Assembly (NCBI GenBank): GCA_013265495.1
Contig: MU057386.1
Span: 3,075-64,624, forward strand
Direction of reading: 5' to 3'
From: Vicugna vicugna
Lineage: Eukaryota
Length of the DNA stretch: 61,550 nt
Part shown: positions 1 to 12,384 of the stretch, piece after piece
Position numbering within the stretch: the first letter of the stretch is position 1
Layout of the letters: every line of letters begins with the position of its first letter
Program-made: the position numbers and the translations under genes
Notes under the pieces: model-generated
What the model was told of the DNA's origin: nothing
Databases searched by the model: none
What the model saw: the letters and a program-made list of their open reading frames with translations, nothing else

Positions 1-560
1 CCAGCAGACACTCTAACCTCATATTTTTATTTCTCTCTTGCAAAGGGGACCATTCCTTTCTTTCACTCCTCACACTGATGATCATGCATTGGACTTATCA
101 CCACCTATACTGTCCAGTATCAAAAACCTCCCAGTTCTTAAATTCCAACATCATTTTCTGATCAGGAGCTCATATGCCACCACCTCATTTGTGCTTCACT
201 TCACTCCAACAATGTGTCCAAATGCATCTCTCCCTTCCTTGATGGCCTCCATTTCCTCCTCATTGACTGTGCCCTGATTCCATCTGCCTCTCCAAATTTA
301 TAGACTTCATGGCTGATTATCTAAATCATTCTCTTACCAAACTGTCAACTCCTTTCATTCTTTGAATCTTGCTACATATACCGAACAACATCCCACAATG
401 GGTCAGTCCCACAACCGGTGTTCAGGAATCCCATGGTTAGGACAAAAACAATTGCATAGTTGCATATTTTATAGCTATTGCAGATTTATGGGCTCCAACC
501 TCAGCACCTCCAGCACTCTTTTCCTGATCATTGTCTGTGCTCCAATCATCACTTGAAGCT
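1..560 (+). mobile_element. Old LINE-2 internal fragment
   Basis: C/T-rich degenerate sequence resembling L2 ORF2 region; boundaries approximate. Confidence 0.45.
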
Positions 561-730
561 TCCTGTTTAACCCCCACCCCCTTCACTCCTGTAGAACACA
601 AGTATCCCCTACCTGCTAATCAAATCCACTTAGAGCAAGGTAACTCATACTTTCTCCTATAAATCATTCACTTTCTATTATCTGAGTCTGTTAGAGTAAG
701 AAATGAATTATTCTATGAATTATTCTAGAC

Positions 731-928
731 CAGTACTTCCCAAAGAACTTTCTACAATGATGCAAACACTTTGTATCTGTGCTGCCCATACGGCAGCACT
801 AGTTAACATGCGACTAAACACAAGTGTGGTTACTGCAAGTGAGGAACGGAACTGGTTATTTTATGTAAGGTTAAGTAATTTAAATCTGAACTTAAATAGC
901 CACATGTGGCTTTGTATTGGACAGCATA
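731..928 (+). mobile_element. MER3 (hAT-Charlie non-autonomous DNA transposon)
   Basis: cagtacttcccaaagaactttctacaatgatg...aaatagccacatgtggct...tattggacagca matches recalled MER3 consensus. Confidence 0.8.
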
Positions 929-1049
929 ACTTTTCAACTCTCCTTGTAAGTCACAAGTCATGAATAAGTGCCAATTTTATTTTTGCTTTCTGTCTAATTG
1001 TTACCTGCTAGTTGGTCACGGGCCCTTCTAACTAAAATTCTTCAGCTGT

Positions 1050-1460
1050 CTCCCAATTATCTCCATAATAAAGTTCGGGCTCCTGAGCTGAAGTCCAAGA
1101 TAGTTCCCTGTCTATTCTCTATAGCCTCCTCTCAGCTCTGACTACTCCCTGGCACTGTGACTTTACATTCCAGAAACACGTAACTACCTACGTCTCTCTA
1201 CATATCCCGTGCTCTTTTATACCTTGGCCATCTACTTCCTCTTTCCATCTTTCTCACGGGTAAGTCTCAATCCAGATGTCACCTCCTCTAGAAAACCTTT
1301 CCATGAAACCCAAGCAGAGCTAGGTGCTTCCTCCTGGGCCCCCAAAGCACCCCATACAGATCTCAGTGTTGCCAGTGAGCAGAGGAACTGGAAGTATCGG
1401 GGGCGTACCGAGCTCTCCACTACTCGGTGTGGAGCGGTAGTGCCTGGCACCGTGATCGTC
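1050..1460 (+). mobile_element. LINE-2 3' region fragment
   Basis: gatgtcacctcctctagaaaaccttt, ctcctgggcccccaaagcac and gtgcctggcac are typical L2 3' motifs. Confidence 0.6.
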
Positions 1461-1761
1461 AGCATATCTAAGGACTCGATGCGTATCTGTCACACTCAGA
1501 AGCAGCTGAAGTGCGTCCCAGGATCAGGCAACTTCCAGTACTCGCTCTCAACTGCCCCAACTCCCCTTTCCAGTTTTTCCATCTCTCCAGAGTTTGGTTA
1601 GGCAGGAGGAGAAGTGGTGCTGTCTTAGTTTCTTGTCCCAGGGAGAAGTAAAAACAAGTTACTTTAAAATATCCCCAGCTCCTTCTAACTTCTCCTGACA
1701 CGTGTGCTTCCATAATGAAAGATGTATCTCTGAATAGATGAGTTTTTTTTTTTAAACTTAC

Positions 1762-2096
1762 GGACTTCCTGACAACTTGAAATATTCGAACAACGAAACT
1801 CTGAAGTATCTGGTAGCTCTCCAGGAAGACATGACAGCTTTTCAAGTCCAAAGACTTCTTCATCAAAATGGGCCAGTAACGGTGGCATTTGATAACTCCA
1901 TCTTCTACCTCTCTGGTTATCATGGCAATAACATTAGAGTTGTTTTCCACAACCATCTGCCAGAAGTCGTCTGTGGTACCTGGCAGTGGCCCCTGGGTGG
2001 CGATATAGTAATACTCTTCCCCAGCATTGACAATTTTAACGTAACTAGTGTTGATGTAGTTCTTGTCTTCCCCAAGGAGAACACATGTTGAATCAT
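1762..2096 (-). CDS. PTPN20: Single 335-nt exon encoding the N-terminal half of a PTP catalytic domain, PTPN20-like (functional gene or orphan duplicate unresolved)
   Basis: Acceptor tttcgtaacag|AT GAT TCA and donor AAG TCC|gtaagt; translation (Y)DSTCVLLGEDKNYINTSYVKIVNAGEEYYYIATQGPLPGTTDDFWQMVVENNSNVIAMITREVEDGVIKCHRYWP...FQVVRKS is colinear with recalled human PTPN20 (YDSTRVPLGKSKDYINASYIRIVNCGEEYFYIATQGPL...FQVVEKS); no stop within the exon. Confidence 0.9.
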
Positions 2097-2993
2097 CTGT
2101 TACGAAACCAGAAACATTCGGTGGGCAAAGGAGGCGTGGGAGACCCCGCACACCCAGACCTCATGGAAGCACTACGTGTGAGGGAGTCTGCTTACCTCTG
2201 ACCAACAGAGAAGACGGCATTTTGAAAGGTGTTTCCTTTCAAAATGGTTACCTCAGCCCATGAATTTAAAATGTTCCCTCCTGAAAACCTACTGGTATGG
2301 CTTAAGGAATATACAGTTAGGATAAGGTAGTTTTTTTTTTTTTTTTTAAACTCAGTTGCTACTAAACAGAGAAGGATGCCATCGGAATCCAGACACTTTG
2401 GGAGATTTCTGTTAGACACGGCATAGGTGGGATCAGCCCGAGGGAGGCACCTCCTAGCTTGTAACCGAACACAGCAAAGGGGAAGCGCTCTGAGGAAGCA
2501 AGTGAGCGAGCGACAGGCTCCTACAAGTCTGGAGAACAGGCAAGCCCAGAGCAGCAGGGGCCGGAGGGGAAGAGAAAGACTGGGGTAGTGACCAGATACA
2601 AACCCTAGGGTTACTGGAATTCTGCCAGTGGCCCCCCACATAAGCCGCCATCTTTTACGTCCATTCTCGGCTTTCACCTGGTGAAGTGGCATGCTAATCA
2701 AAGCAAAGGTACTGTGACAAAAGCATGCTGCAAAGTAGTGGATTTGCTCCAGGTAACATGGGGCTCATCTAACATGAACTATTAGAATATGGGGGGGGGT
2801 CCAACTACTTGGCTCTCTGTAAACTCCACCGGCCCAGGAGTTCTTTCTTCACTTTACATGGACATCTGGGGCTCTGGTCCCACCACTGCTCCCACAGAGA
2901 GAATAAAAGGAGGGTCCTTCTACTACGCAGTGGTCTCGCCCATAGTCCCTCCCTGCTACTCAAGGTCATGCCGCCCACTTATCCAGCAAATAC

Positions 2994-3037
2994 NNNNNNN
3001 NNNNNNNNNNNNNNNNNNNNNNNNNNNNNNNNNNNNN
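2994..3037. other. Assembly gap
   Basis: Run of N. Confidence 1.
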
Positions 3038-3094
3038 AAAGGAGACCGAGACATCAGAGCAAATGTCCTCCTTTTCATAAGAGGGAAGAGTGTA

Positions 3095-3275
3095 TTTTTT
3101 TTAGCTTTTATTTTTTATTTTTTGTAATATATATCACATTTTTTAAACATTTTTTATTTTATTGTATTTTTTAAATTTTTAAGCCTATCTTTTATTGTTT
3201 ATTTTTTAAACATTTTTTATTGATTTATAATCATTTTACAATGTTGTGTCAAATTCCAGTGTAGAGCATAATAAT
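3095..3275 (-). mobile_element. Young camelid L1 3' terminus with long T-rich tail
   Basis: ttttattgatttataatcattttacaatgttgtgtcaaattccagtgtagagca is the near reverse complement of the L1 end at 4527-4580. Confidence 0.75.
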
Positions 3276-3753
3276 TTTTTAAAATTTACATATATGTACT
3301 GTTCATTGTTTCTAAGAACAGTTTACAGCTTTAGTTTTTTAAACTTACACAGTTGTCCGAGGAATAAAGCCAACCACAAAATAAGAATCAAGAGAATGCA
3401 GTAATCCAATCATGAAGGACAGTCAGATGTGCTTACATGTATTCAAGAAATCAATCATTGAAGTCACAAATAATAAGTATTTCATTTGTGTCCTTTTTAT
3501 TAGATTCCACATGTAAGTGATATCATATTCCTCAATTATTTTTACTTTCCTTTTTAACAACAACAGAAAGGTCTTAACGCTTCTCTATCATTGAACAAGT
3601 AGTCAAGTGTTAATTTAGAAAATTTGAAAAATACATAAAAGTGTAAAAACATTGAAATCTAAGTAGTAATAATTATTGTGATTACAACTTTATAATTTGT
3701 ATTCACGTAGTATATACCATGAACATTTTTTCCAGTCATTGGTTGACAATTTG

Positions 3754-4476
3754 NNNNNNNNNNNNNNNNNNNNNNNNNNNNNNNNNNNNNNNNNNNNNNN
3801 NNNNNNNNNNNNNNNNNNNNNNNNNNNNNNNNNNNNNNNNNNNNNNNNNNNNNNNNNNNNNNNNNNNNNNNNNNNNNNNNNNNNNNNNNNNNNNNNNNNN
3901 NNNNNNNNNNNNNNNNNNNNNNNNNNNNNNNNNNNNNNNNNNNNNNNNNNNNNNNNNNNNNNNNNNNNNNNNNNNNNNNNNNNNNNNNNNNNNNNNNNNN
4001 NNNNNNNNNNNNNNNNNNNNNNNNNNNNNNNNNNNNNNNNNNNNNNNNNNNNNNNNNNNNNNNNNNNNNNNNNNNNNNNNNNNNNNNNNNNNNNNNNNNN
4101 NNNNNNNNNNNNNNNNNNNNNNNNNNNNNNNNNNNNNNNNNNNNNNNNNNNNNNNNNNNNNNNNNNNNNNNNNNNNNNNNNNNNNNNNNNNNNNNNNNNN
4201 NNNNNNNNNNNNNNNNNNNNNNNNNNNNNNNNNNNNNNNNNNNNNNNNNNNNNNNNNNNNNNNNNNNNNNNNNNNNNNNNNNNNNNNNNNNNNNNNNNNN
4301 NNNNNNNNNNNNNNNNNNNNNNNNNNNNNNNNNNNNNNNNNNNNNNNNNNNNNNNNNNNNNNNNNNNNNNNNNNNNNNNNNNNNNNNNNNNNNNNNNNNN
4401 NNNNNNNNNNNNNNNNNNNNNNNNNNNNNNNNNNNNNNNNNNNNNNNNNNNNNNNNNNNNNNNNNNNNNNNNNNNA
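3754..4476. other. Assembly gap
   Basis: Run of N. Confidence 1.
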
Positions 4477-4618
4477 AAAAAAAATGTGACAATGAATGTA
4501 TATATGTTCATGTATAACTGAAAAATTGCTCTACACTGGAATTTGACACAACATTGTAAAATGACTATAACTCAATAAAAAAAGTTAAAAAAAAGGATAC
4601 TGAATAGAAAAAAAAAAA
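4477..4618 (+). mobile_element. Young camelid L1 3' terminus with poly(A)
   Basis: tgttcatgtataactgaaaaattgctctacactggaatttgacacaacattgtaaaatgactataactcaataaaaaaa; same family end at 45980-46065. Confidence 0.8.
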
Positions 4619-4645
4619 GGAATTTCAGAAACAAAATTCTGAACA

Positions 4646-5090
4646 CAGGCATTCCTTGGAGATACTGCAGGTTCAATTTCTGGACCACCACAAAAAAGAG
4701 ACTATTGCAATAAGTGAGTCACATGAAATTTTTTTGTTCCCCAGTGCATATAAAGATTATATTACACTGTAGTCTATTAAGTGTGCAATAACATTATGTC
4801 TATAAAACAATAATTAAAAAATACTTTATTGCTAGAAAATGCTAACCATCATCTGAGCCTTCAGCAAGTTGTAATCTTTTTGCAATAGTAATATCAAAGA
4901 TGGCTGATCACAGATAACTGTAACAAATATAATAATAATGAAAAAGTTTGAAATATTGCAAAAAGTGCCAAAATGTGAGGAAATGCTGTTGGGAAGATGG
5001 TGCTGACAGATTAGCTCTAAGCAGGGCTGCCGCAGACTTACAATTTGTGAAGTAAATAAGGTACCTGCAAAGCACAAGGAAGCACAGCAC
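4646..5090 (-). mobile_element. Internally deleted Tigger1 derivative (Tigger1a-like, TcMar-Tigger)
   Basis: caggcattccttggagatactgcaggttc terminus joined to gatcacagataactgtaacaaatataataataatgaaaaagtttgaaatattgc from the other end. Confidence 0.85.
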
Positions 5091-5439
5091 CAAGCAACCG
5101 GGTGGGCCCGAATTCAGCAGGAAAGAAGTGGCTCGAGTGGCCCCAGGAGAAGATCCCCCAGGCAACAGAGAAAGTGGCAGAAGTCAGTGCGAACGTGCGG
5201 CCGGGCCAGCCACACCCTGCGGAGCCTTTACTCAAAGTGGCTGAGTAGTTTGCTCTGCATTACGGCCATTTCTCTAGACTCCACAGTCCACAAGTAGTTC
5301 CATGACCTGCTTCCCTTCAAGGAAGACTCAAGCCTGCAGGTGGAAAAGCCCCACCAAGTGCCAGATGGCATTAATGCAGGCAGGCTAAGAGCTCAAGGCC
5401 TAAGAGCAGAAGGTGGCAGTGACAGGAGGTAAAACCCGT

Positions 5440-8400
5440 GCTAACCACCGGAAGTTACAGTGAGTGGGGCCACTGCACACTTCCAGCCCTCGATTCCTGG
5501 CTCCTGGCTATGGCAGAAACAGCACCATATACTGGACACTAATTTGGAGCAAGTAACACCCCCGCGGAGAACACCACCCCAGCCCTGCGAGGCACTGCCA
5601 CCTAGCCGGCACTGCAACTGAGTCTCCAGAAGGCCACTCCACTGCTCTGCCCGGCCAGCAGCCTCGGGGTTACGAGGAAAACGTGAAGGCCAGTGAACTG
5701 CATGGTCACGAGCCCCTCAAAGTGAGCTCCTTGATCAGAAACAAGGCTGTGTGGATGACCATGATGGTGGAGAAGGCATCCTGCAGGCCCGCAGATGGCA
5801 GCTTTGGTAGAACCCAGTATCTACTTCAGAATAAGAAGAGCGCTGTTCCTTCTATTGACAGAAGCAATCCAGTGTGATCAACCCGCCCAAAGGTGCCAGA
5901 CTGGGGTCTCAGTCTTGGTGTCGGCTGCTGGTGGATGGGGCTCTCGACAGCGGCCGCAGGAAGGTCGGCCTCGGGAGTGGAAGTCCACGTCGAGGAGCCC
6001 ATGCACAGCCAGCGTATCTCTCTGTTCATAAACCCACTGGGTGATGAAGGGGGTGGCTGGGAAAGAGGCTGACCAGTAGCCACAGGATAGGTCATCCTAG
6101 CCACATGATTACTAACACCTCTTCTTAAATCACCCTCCGATGAGCATTCACAAAGGACACAAATGTCTTCACATTTTTTGCCCTTTCAGAGAGGTCTATA
6201 CACATTATGTCTCCCAGATCTCCCTGTGATCAATTTTCCAATCACGTTCTTTCCAAGTCCCTGACCATCCTGCTTAACAACTGACTACAGCCCATGAATG
6301 AGTAAAGATTTGAACCTCTGGCCATTTCTCCTTCCAAGAAAAATGAGCAACCAAGTGCTCTGTTCAACGTTCTACCACCGGGCAGGATTTCCCTTCACCA
6401 CTGTCCTTCGGGAATGTTCCCCAAAAAGGGGCTGCAGTGAAGCTGCCGTCCGCTTTCAGGTGGTGCCTGCTTATCAAGCAGAACCACCTGTCAGCCGGGC
6501 CCCAGTTTTCTCTTCCTCAGTCAACTGATCATAGGGAACTTGTCATGAGGCCGCAGGTGCAGGCTGGGAGAGAGAAGGTAACACAGGAGGAGAAGGGACC
6601 CTGGGCATTTTGGCCACTTTATGTCACAACCTTGCACCCTCAGAGCCTGCTCAAGCCCGACCGTGTACACACCACTTCCATTTGATGGTGGAGTGCGGCT
6701 GTGCATGCCCAACTTTCTGGCTCGATGTCCCATGGGTAAGTGTTCAGCCTCTACTAAGGCCCAGTAGCAGGTCAATAGCTGTTTCTCAAAAGGAGAGCAG
6801 TTATACAGAGACTGGCAAGACTTTGCTCCAAAATCCCATGGCCTGTGCTGCGATTCATCTTTAAGGGCCTGACAAAGGCTCCAGACAGCGACCCTGTCTT
6901 CCACTGGCACTGCGTCTGCTGGATCCCAAGGCCCAAGGGGCAGAGCAGCTGGGCGGCGGCCTGGCCCTGTGGCACAGCTTTCTCCTGTTCTCAGCCCCAG
7001 TCAGAACTAGCAGCCTTTGAGTCTCCTGGCAGGTGGGCCAGAGCAGCACACCCAAATGAGGAACGTGTTGCCTCCAAAATCCAGAGGACCACTAGGCATT
7101 CTGCTCCTTCGGCTCTGGGAGGCATCAGGTGCAACATCTTATCCTTCACCCTAGGAAGGGTTATTCTGACATGCCCCACACTGCTGGACCTCTAGAAGTT
7201 TCACTGAAGAGGAGGCCGCTGAATTCTCACTGGATTCATTTCCCACCCTCTCACGCACAAATGACTTACCTGTAAGTCTAGTTAGCTGCTACTTCCTGCT
7301 CACTAGGTTCAATCAGCACAATGTCATCAATATAATGGACCACTGTGATGTATTAGGTAATTCAAAAGGTGACCAAGATCCCTGTGAACTATGACAAAGG
7401 GCTGGAGAGTTGACCTTTCCCTGAGGCAGGACAGTGAAGGTGTATCGCTGACCTTGCCAGCTGAAAGCAAACTGTTTCTGGTGGTCTCCACTAACAGGTA
7501 TGGAGAGAAAGCATTTGCCAGATCATTAGGTGCACACCACGTACCAGGGCATGTGTAATTTTCTAAAGCAGTAAAATCACATCTGGTACAGCAGCTGCAA
7601 CTCGAGTCATCATCTGCTTAAGCTTATAATAATTCATTATCATTCTCTAAGGTCCACCTGTTTTCTGCACAGGTCAAACAGGTGAGTGGGGGGGAATCAC
7701 CACCTCTGTCTCTTTTAACTCCTTGACGGTGGCACTATTCTCTGAATTCTCTCCAAGAATGCAGGATTGCTTTTAACTTACTATTTTCTTAGGTAGAAGC
7801 AGATCTAGTGGCTTCCATTTGACCTCTTCTGTTGTATTAGCCCTCCTCCACAGGTCAGGGAACCAATGCAGGGATTCTGCCAGCTGCAGAGTATATCTAT
7901 TCCAGTAATGCATTCCAGAACTGGGGAAGTAACCACAGTGGGTCAGCACCCAGTGGACCCACTGTGAAATGGACCTGAGCTAAAACTTCATTAACTATGT
8001 AACTTCTATAAGCACCACTCTAACTGGCAGACCACAGTGACGCCCTAGGTCTCCTGCAATCGCTGTCAGATTCTTGCCACTGTCAGCAGCACTGGCGAAG
8101 AAGACATTTAGGGGTTTGTTGTGTGTACCTTCACCAGGATCTTCCCCTGTGTTTCTGTTCGTTTTCAGGATCGCATTCTTTCTCAGTCAATGCCCTCATT
8201 TTAACAGCAAACACCTTGCAAGGTCGGGAACTCAATTTGCATTGTGTTTTAGCCATTTGCAGGATGAGACCTGGGGTTAGGTTTTCAGAGGTCCTGGCTC
8301 CATGGCTCTAGGAGACAAGGGTTTACTTCAGGGCAGACATAAAAACTTTCGGGACATTTGCATGGTGCTTGGGTTGGAAATCTGAATCCCTGGGATGGTA

Positions 8401-8717
8401 ATTTTCTTTTCCCATTTGTCCAGCACAACTAGGAGCAACCAGCCAATCTCATTACACTTGTTAGTTTGACAAAAGTAATCTCAGGTAGCTTATACATAGT
8501 TACCCAGAACCTTGCCTTTATGTAAGTATTTGAATAGGAATACCTACCAGTGAGAGTTTGTGGATCTCTACTGCCGTGTCACGCCACGAATTACAGTGCT
8601 CTCCTTACTGCTAGGAAGAGTCATTAACGCCTTTAAATTCTGTCAGATTGGGGAACCAATTCATAAAACTCATCTCTAAGATTCCATTCCTCTAGAACCA
8701 CTTGTGGTACCAAAGTT
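5440..8717 (-). mobile_element. ERVL (HERVL/MLT2-type) internal region, decayed gag-pol-integrase
   Basis: Minus-strand remnants ITVVHYIDDIVLI (YIDD at 7323-7334) and AVWSLCQA...SPFEKQLLTCYWALVEAEHL (ORF 6521-6910); TGGTACCA just inside the LTR; many stops and frameshifts. Confidence 0.9.
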
Positions 8718-9130
8718 TGTATTAGTCAGTGCTCTTTAGAGAAACAGAATCAATAAGCTGTACATATGTGTGTGTATATATACATATATATACACTGAAA
8801 GAGATTTATTGTAAGGGATTGGCTCACACCACTGTGGGGCTAGCAGTCTGCTATCTGCAGGGCAGGCTGCCAGGCTGAAGATTCAGAGAAGAGCTGATGC
8901 TGCAGTCTGGAGGCAGAATGGCTTCTTCCTTGGGGAATCTGAATTTTTTTCTCTTAAATCGATTAAATGACACTCATGCATATTACAGGGGAGAATCTGA
9001 TTTACTCAGTCTACTGGTTAAATGTTAATCACATCTAAAAATACCTCTGCAACAACATCTAGACTGATGTTTGACCAAATCCCTGGGTACTGTGGCCTAG
9101 CCAAGTCAACGCATACAATTAATCACCACA
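8718..9130 (-). mobile_element. MLT2-family LTR (5' LTR of the ERVL)
   Basis: tgtattagtcag...agagaaacagaa...gagatttattgtaagggattggctcac...attaatcaccaca; TG..CA ends; abuts ERVL internal sequence. Confidence 0.9.
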
Positions 9131-9139
9131 CTAGCTAAA

Positions 9140-9960
9140 AAATTTGTAGATGATCTAAAGAAGCAAAGTCTTTCTTGAAACTTTACTTAATTCCCTAAAA
9201 GACCAAATGAAAGAGAGAGTAAGAATAAAAACTAGAGAGAGAAAGGTAAACACATGCAAAAACTACAAAAAGGCAGAAGTAAAGAAACAGAGGAAGAGGA
9301 AAGCCTTCGAAGACAGATGAGGAGACCACCCCCTGCACCACAGGGGCTCCAGAAAAAGGGAAAGAGTGGACTGAGGATGAGCAAGGACCCAGTAAGGGAA
9401 GACACTGACCTGCGGCTAAAGGAAGGCTGGCTCTGCAGACTGAACAGTTCCATGAGTTGTAGGTAAGACTGATAAAGTGAAACACATCTGGTAACATTCC
9501 TGAATTTCAGGGAAAAATTAAATGCGAGGTTTCAGAATGAAAAAAATGTTTCTTATAGAAGAGTAAGAATCAGATTATCATTATATTTCTCATCTAAAAC
9601 ACTGGAAGCTGGAGAACAGTGAGGTTTAACACCCAGAGAAAACTAAGAGATAAATCCCATAAACCTAAAATCAACAAAGATATTCATTTATCAGGATTAA
9701 AAAAAAAAGGAGAGCTAGCTACAGACAGGCAGAGTTTGAGACTTCATTAACGACTTAGCCCATCTCTAATGAAACAACTAATTAATCAGAACTAAGGGAA
9801 GACAGAACAGGAAACAGCAGAACACAGCAAGCTTGCAAAACACAGCTGTGTATCTGTATAAAGAATGACTGAATCTATCATTTAAGTGTGAAACATGATT
9901 TCTTGAAACAGAAAATAACACGCAGCACAGAAAACCCATTAATGGTCTAAACAAGAATTA
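9140..9960 (+). mobile_element. Old L1/HAL1 ORF1-like fragment
   Basis: A-rich, with agaatcagattatcattatatttctc...aacactggaagctggagaacagtg typical of L1 ORF1 3' half. Confidence 0.45.
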
Positions 9961-10084
9961 ACATAGAGAAACACCACCGCAGAGTGCTTAAGCCGAAGTC
10001 TGAGTCCCAGGTCTGTCTCCTAGTAGCAGTGCAGAAAAGTAATCAATTTCTCTTAGCCTTTTCGAGAAACAAAGATTCTGAGCA

Positions 10085-10180
10085 CCAGCATCACAGGACT
10101 GTGGTGAGGGTTACAGGAGTCGCAACCTGTGAAGGACTCAGATCAGTGCGGGGCACATCTAAGCGTATTACTCCTCCTCC
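10085..10180 (+). mobile_element. MIR 3' fragment
   Basis: cacaggactgtggtgagggtta...cagtgcgggcacatctaagcg. Confidence 0.5.
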
Positions 10181-10318
10181 TCCTGGTGGTGGTAGTAATA
10201 GAAACACACAGAGGCCTCACTGATGTACTGAGCTTTGTCCTCCTTTTTATAGTTGGAATTTGTATGTGCTGGCATGAAACCAACCATCAGAAAAAATGAA
10301 GACAAAGTTAACCACAGT

Positions 10319-10452
10319 GGGGAGGGCACAGCTCAGTGGTAGAGCAGGTGCTCAGCACGCACAAGGTCCTGGGCTTCATAACTGGTGCCTCCATTAAAAA
10401 TAATAAACAAGTATGTAAGTAAATATACAAACAAATCTAATTAGCCCCCCCA
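10319..10452 (+). mobile_element. tRNA-derived camelid SINE (Vic-1-like)
   Basis: ggggagggcacagctcagtggtagagc (A box), degenerate B box, A-rich tail; TSD aaagttaacc at 10304-10313 and 10453-10462. Confidence 0.85.
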
Positions 10453-12264
10453 AAAGTTAACCCCACAACGTACCGAAAGTCATTTTAGCCTTTTAAAATC
10501 CTTTCTTGACCTGATGAACCTGTTAGAGAGGTTGTTTGGATAAAAGATAGTGAAAAATCAATTCAGGAAATTCTGAATTCAGTAGGTTTCAATTCAGAGA
10601 ATTAAAAATAAGCCTCAGTGATTTACACACCTGAAACAAGAGGCCCTCTCCTGCGGGGCAGCCCTGCCCCACTATTTGCTGTCATCCGATCCGTTCACAA
10701 AAGTGGGCCGGGTTCTGCGTTTGTAAACCGTCCTCCCCTGGCTGACTTCGAAATGGCAAGTCCTCTGACCCGCTCAATCCCAGGTGGGCTCCGAGGACAT
10801 CCTCTCAGTTACAGGAAGAGCGTTACGTAAGAACACGTTCAGTTCCACACTGAAAACCCGAAGCGACTGGGAAACAGCTTACGGACTGGCTCAGTGAACT
10901 CGTGGGATTCAGAAGTGGCCGTAAGAAGCTGCTTTGTCGGTGTTTCCATCAGCACAGAGAAAAGGAAAACAGGCAGGAAACCACTGGTTTTTACAGTTTG
11001 ACTGTGACTGAAAGGAAACAGGAATCTCTTGCTGATGGCTTCAATTGAATTGGCTGGATATGTTTTTGAAATGCAAAGACTTCACTAAACAGTATGAGGC
11101 CATTTGAATTTTTTTCCTCTATTAGAAGGGAGAGGCCAGTCCACCAAGTTAATCTGATATTTAGAAATGGCTTTGAGACGTATGTGGCCTATTTCAAAAC
11201 TGACAGCCTCTGTTTCTCTTAAAGGCTTCATTTTCTCCTCCTCCTGGAGACATCTGGTGAGGCAACATCATCCTTGCACGTGCATGTGCACGTGCACGTG
11301 GAGGGTCTGCTCCGGGACAAATGGGGACAGTGGCCCCACGGCCCCAGAGCCCCCCCAGGATGGATGTGGGGACACTCCCAGGAGAGCAGAGACGGGGAAG
11401 GAGTGTGATAAAGGGGGAAACCGGCTGTTGGATCAAAGAGGGATTTAGACACTGAAAAAAGGCCACCATGGGAGACCGTGGCTCTGCTGCAGGAACCCCG
11501 AGGTCTGCCCTGTGACAGCCTCTCTATTTGCTCAGCACTATTGGTATTTTGGTAAGGAATTTCTACCGAGCTGGCAGATCTTCAGCCCCGAGGATTCCTC
11601 TGATCAGCAGGTGTTGGAACAGCCTGTGGCAGAAATATCACAGAGCTGGGTGCTAATCCAACCCCTGTAACCCGGACTGGAGCTTTGCTGGACGTGTGGT
11701 TTCTTATCAAGGAGACTTGAGAAAAGCTAATCAGATTCCTTACAGCATGGGTGGGTAATCACTGTCCATCCATAAAGCATATGCTTGTGTTAATACCATG
11801 TTTATTTACTATCTATAAATTGAATCTTGTACACAAAACTAAAGCCATATTGTAAGTCAATTGTGCTTCAAAAAAACCTACCCAAAACACAAATCCAAAA
11901 ATTTCATTACCTTCTCTAATTAAATGAGAAAAAATTCCAAAATAAATTAAAAGAAAATATGACCTACTCCCATTATATTAAGAGTCACTTATCTTTTCAT
12001 TTTGTTTTTATTTTCTCTTTTTAACTAGAATGAGGGGTCAGAGAACTGGAAGAGGAGCGGGGACCCTGAACACAGGACTGCTCCCAGATCGGTGGAGAGC
12101 AGAGGGTGCAGGTGAGGCCACTTGGATTTGATTACATGTAAACGGGGAGCCCACTGTCCTACAACAATGGTAATTATAACTGAAAAATAAAATGCACTAA
12201 TGATCTTATGAGTAAATCTTGTTTTATATATATATATATAAAATACCAAAGTATTTTAAAGCCT

Positions 12265-12380
12265 TGCTGCTCACGATTTGGTCTGGGGGATGTCAGCCCC
12301 ACTCCCTGAACTGCTGAATCAGAATCTGCATTTTGAGAAGACACGTGGGTGATTCATTTGCACATTGATGTTTCAGAAGC
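12265..12380 (+). mobile_element. MER5-family hAT fragment
   Basis: ctgaatcagaatctgcatttt...gtgattcatttgcacatt...tttcagaagca. Confidence 0.65.
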
Positions 12381-12384
12381 ATTA

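Noticed and set aside
1468..2151. 227-aa ORF as a complete gene or retrogene
   Set aside because: PTP similarity is confined to 1762-2096 between splice sites; the flanks are intron read-through and there is no HCSAGxGR catalytic motif
3659..4521. Long ORFs of 256-277 aa
   Set aside because: They are translations of the N gap
10319..10395. tRNA gene (also 49843-49925)
   Set aside because: tRNA-like head carries a SINE tail and TSDs; degenerate stems
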